From: Lama glama
Taxonomy: Eukaryota
Assembly (NCBI GenBank): GCA_028534125.1
Contig: CM052818.1
Span: forward strand, 24,244,001-24,308,000
Direction: 5' to 3'
Length of the DNA stretch: 64,000 nt
Shown: positions 63,291 through 64,000 of the stretch, one piece after another
Numbering within the stretch: the first letter of the stretch is position 1
Layout of the letters: each line of letters begins with the position of its first letter
The notes under the pieces: model-generated
Databases searched by the model: none
What the model saw: the letters and a program-made list of their open reading frames with translations, nothing else
What the model was told of the DNA's origin: nothing
Position numbers and translations under genes: made by a program

Positions 63291-64000
63291 TTCTCTGTTC
63301 TTGGGGGTGTCGTGCTCTAGAACACCTAGGTACTGAGCCGAGTGAGATCAATGGTTGCCAAGTCTAATGAGCCAAGAGCTGTAGAATTGAAAGGAAGGGG
63401 AGGACATTAGAAAAGGCTTCATGGAGGAGGAGGCATTTTAGTTCATTTTCCAAGGGTGAAAAGGCCTTTGAAAATAAATAGAGCCAAGCTGTTTTTGAAA
63501 CACGTAACCAGCCCCAGCTAATTTATGATAAGGACTACCCTGGAGCAAGGTTGGGGCCATTTCCAGACTTCCAACCATCTGTGTGTCCCATTCAGGACCG
63601 TGGCATGGGAACTGTGGATCTGGAACAAATGACAACGTAAGCCATGGTACAAGCCATTGTATACATGTATTTTACATGGGCAACCAAAATTGAGGATGAA
63701 TGTCCAGCATGTCTGGAAGGAGAGAAGCTGTATCAGTCTGAGAAGTGAGGCAAGGAACAGACCACATGCCTGCCTGTTCCATCCTTAAATTTAATGATTG
63801 TGTTTTTGTGCCATCAGAGGTGGTTTGGCTTTCTTTATGTTGCGCCAAGTGGCTCTGGTGCTTTCCCTCTTGAGTATCTCCAGCTCCTCACTTTTCTTCT
63901 CCTTAAAGCACAGGACCCAGGACCCACTTTGGCTCTGCTCTGCTTAATGCATAGCACCCAGTCCTAGCAGCAGGTTTAGAGAATCGGACTCTATACACCA

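Noticed and set aside
1..64000. A novel multi-gene biological system
   Set aside because: The window has no intact genes. The short ORFs match chance expectation or repeat translation, and the structure is explained by known mammalian repeats plus one promoter.

Overview
This is mammalian, non-coding genomic DNA, almost certainly from a camelid (alpaca, llama, vicuna or camel): it carries seven tRNA-derived vic-1-type SINEs, most with target-site duplications. I find no intact protein-coding gene, RNA gene, CRISPR array or prokaryote-type system. About 57 kb of repeat-rich intergenic DNA (L1, L2, CR1/L3, MIR, hAT MER/Charlie elements, LTR fragments, microsatellites) lies upstream of a strong CpG-island promoter at about 57.4-58.7 kb. 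That island has a probable non-coding first exon on + (GCC repeat, 11-codon uORF, donor CAG|GTAGGA at 58063/58064), and the putative intron 1 runs off the window. I could not identify the gene. The most unusual structures are: (1) a 4.1-kb L1 on - that keeps its 5'UTR and ORF1 but has lost the endonuclease/RT part of ORF2 (half-L1-like), and whose CpG-rich 5' end appears to have spread into the flanking L2; (2) a 111-bp twin-primed L1 carrying a newly formed CA repeat; (3) an L1 inserted at the inversion junction of an older L1; (4) an isolated CpG-rich CTCF/YY1-like site. Repeat family names come from my recollection of consensus sequences, not from a search, and the boundaries of old repeats are approximate.
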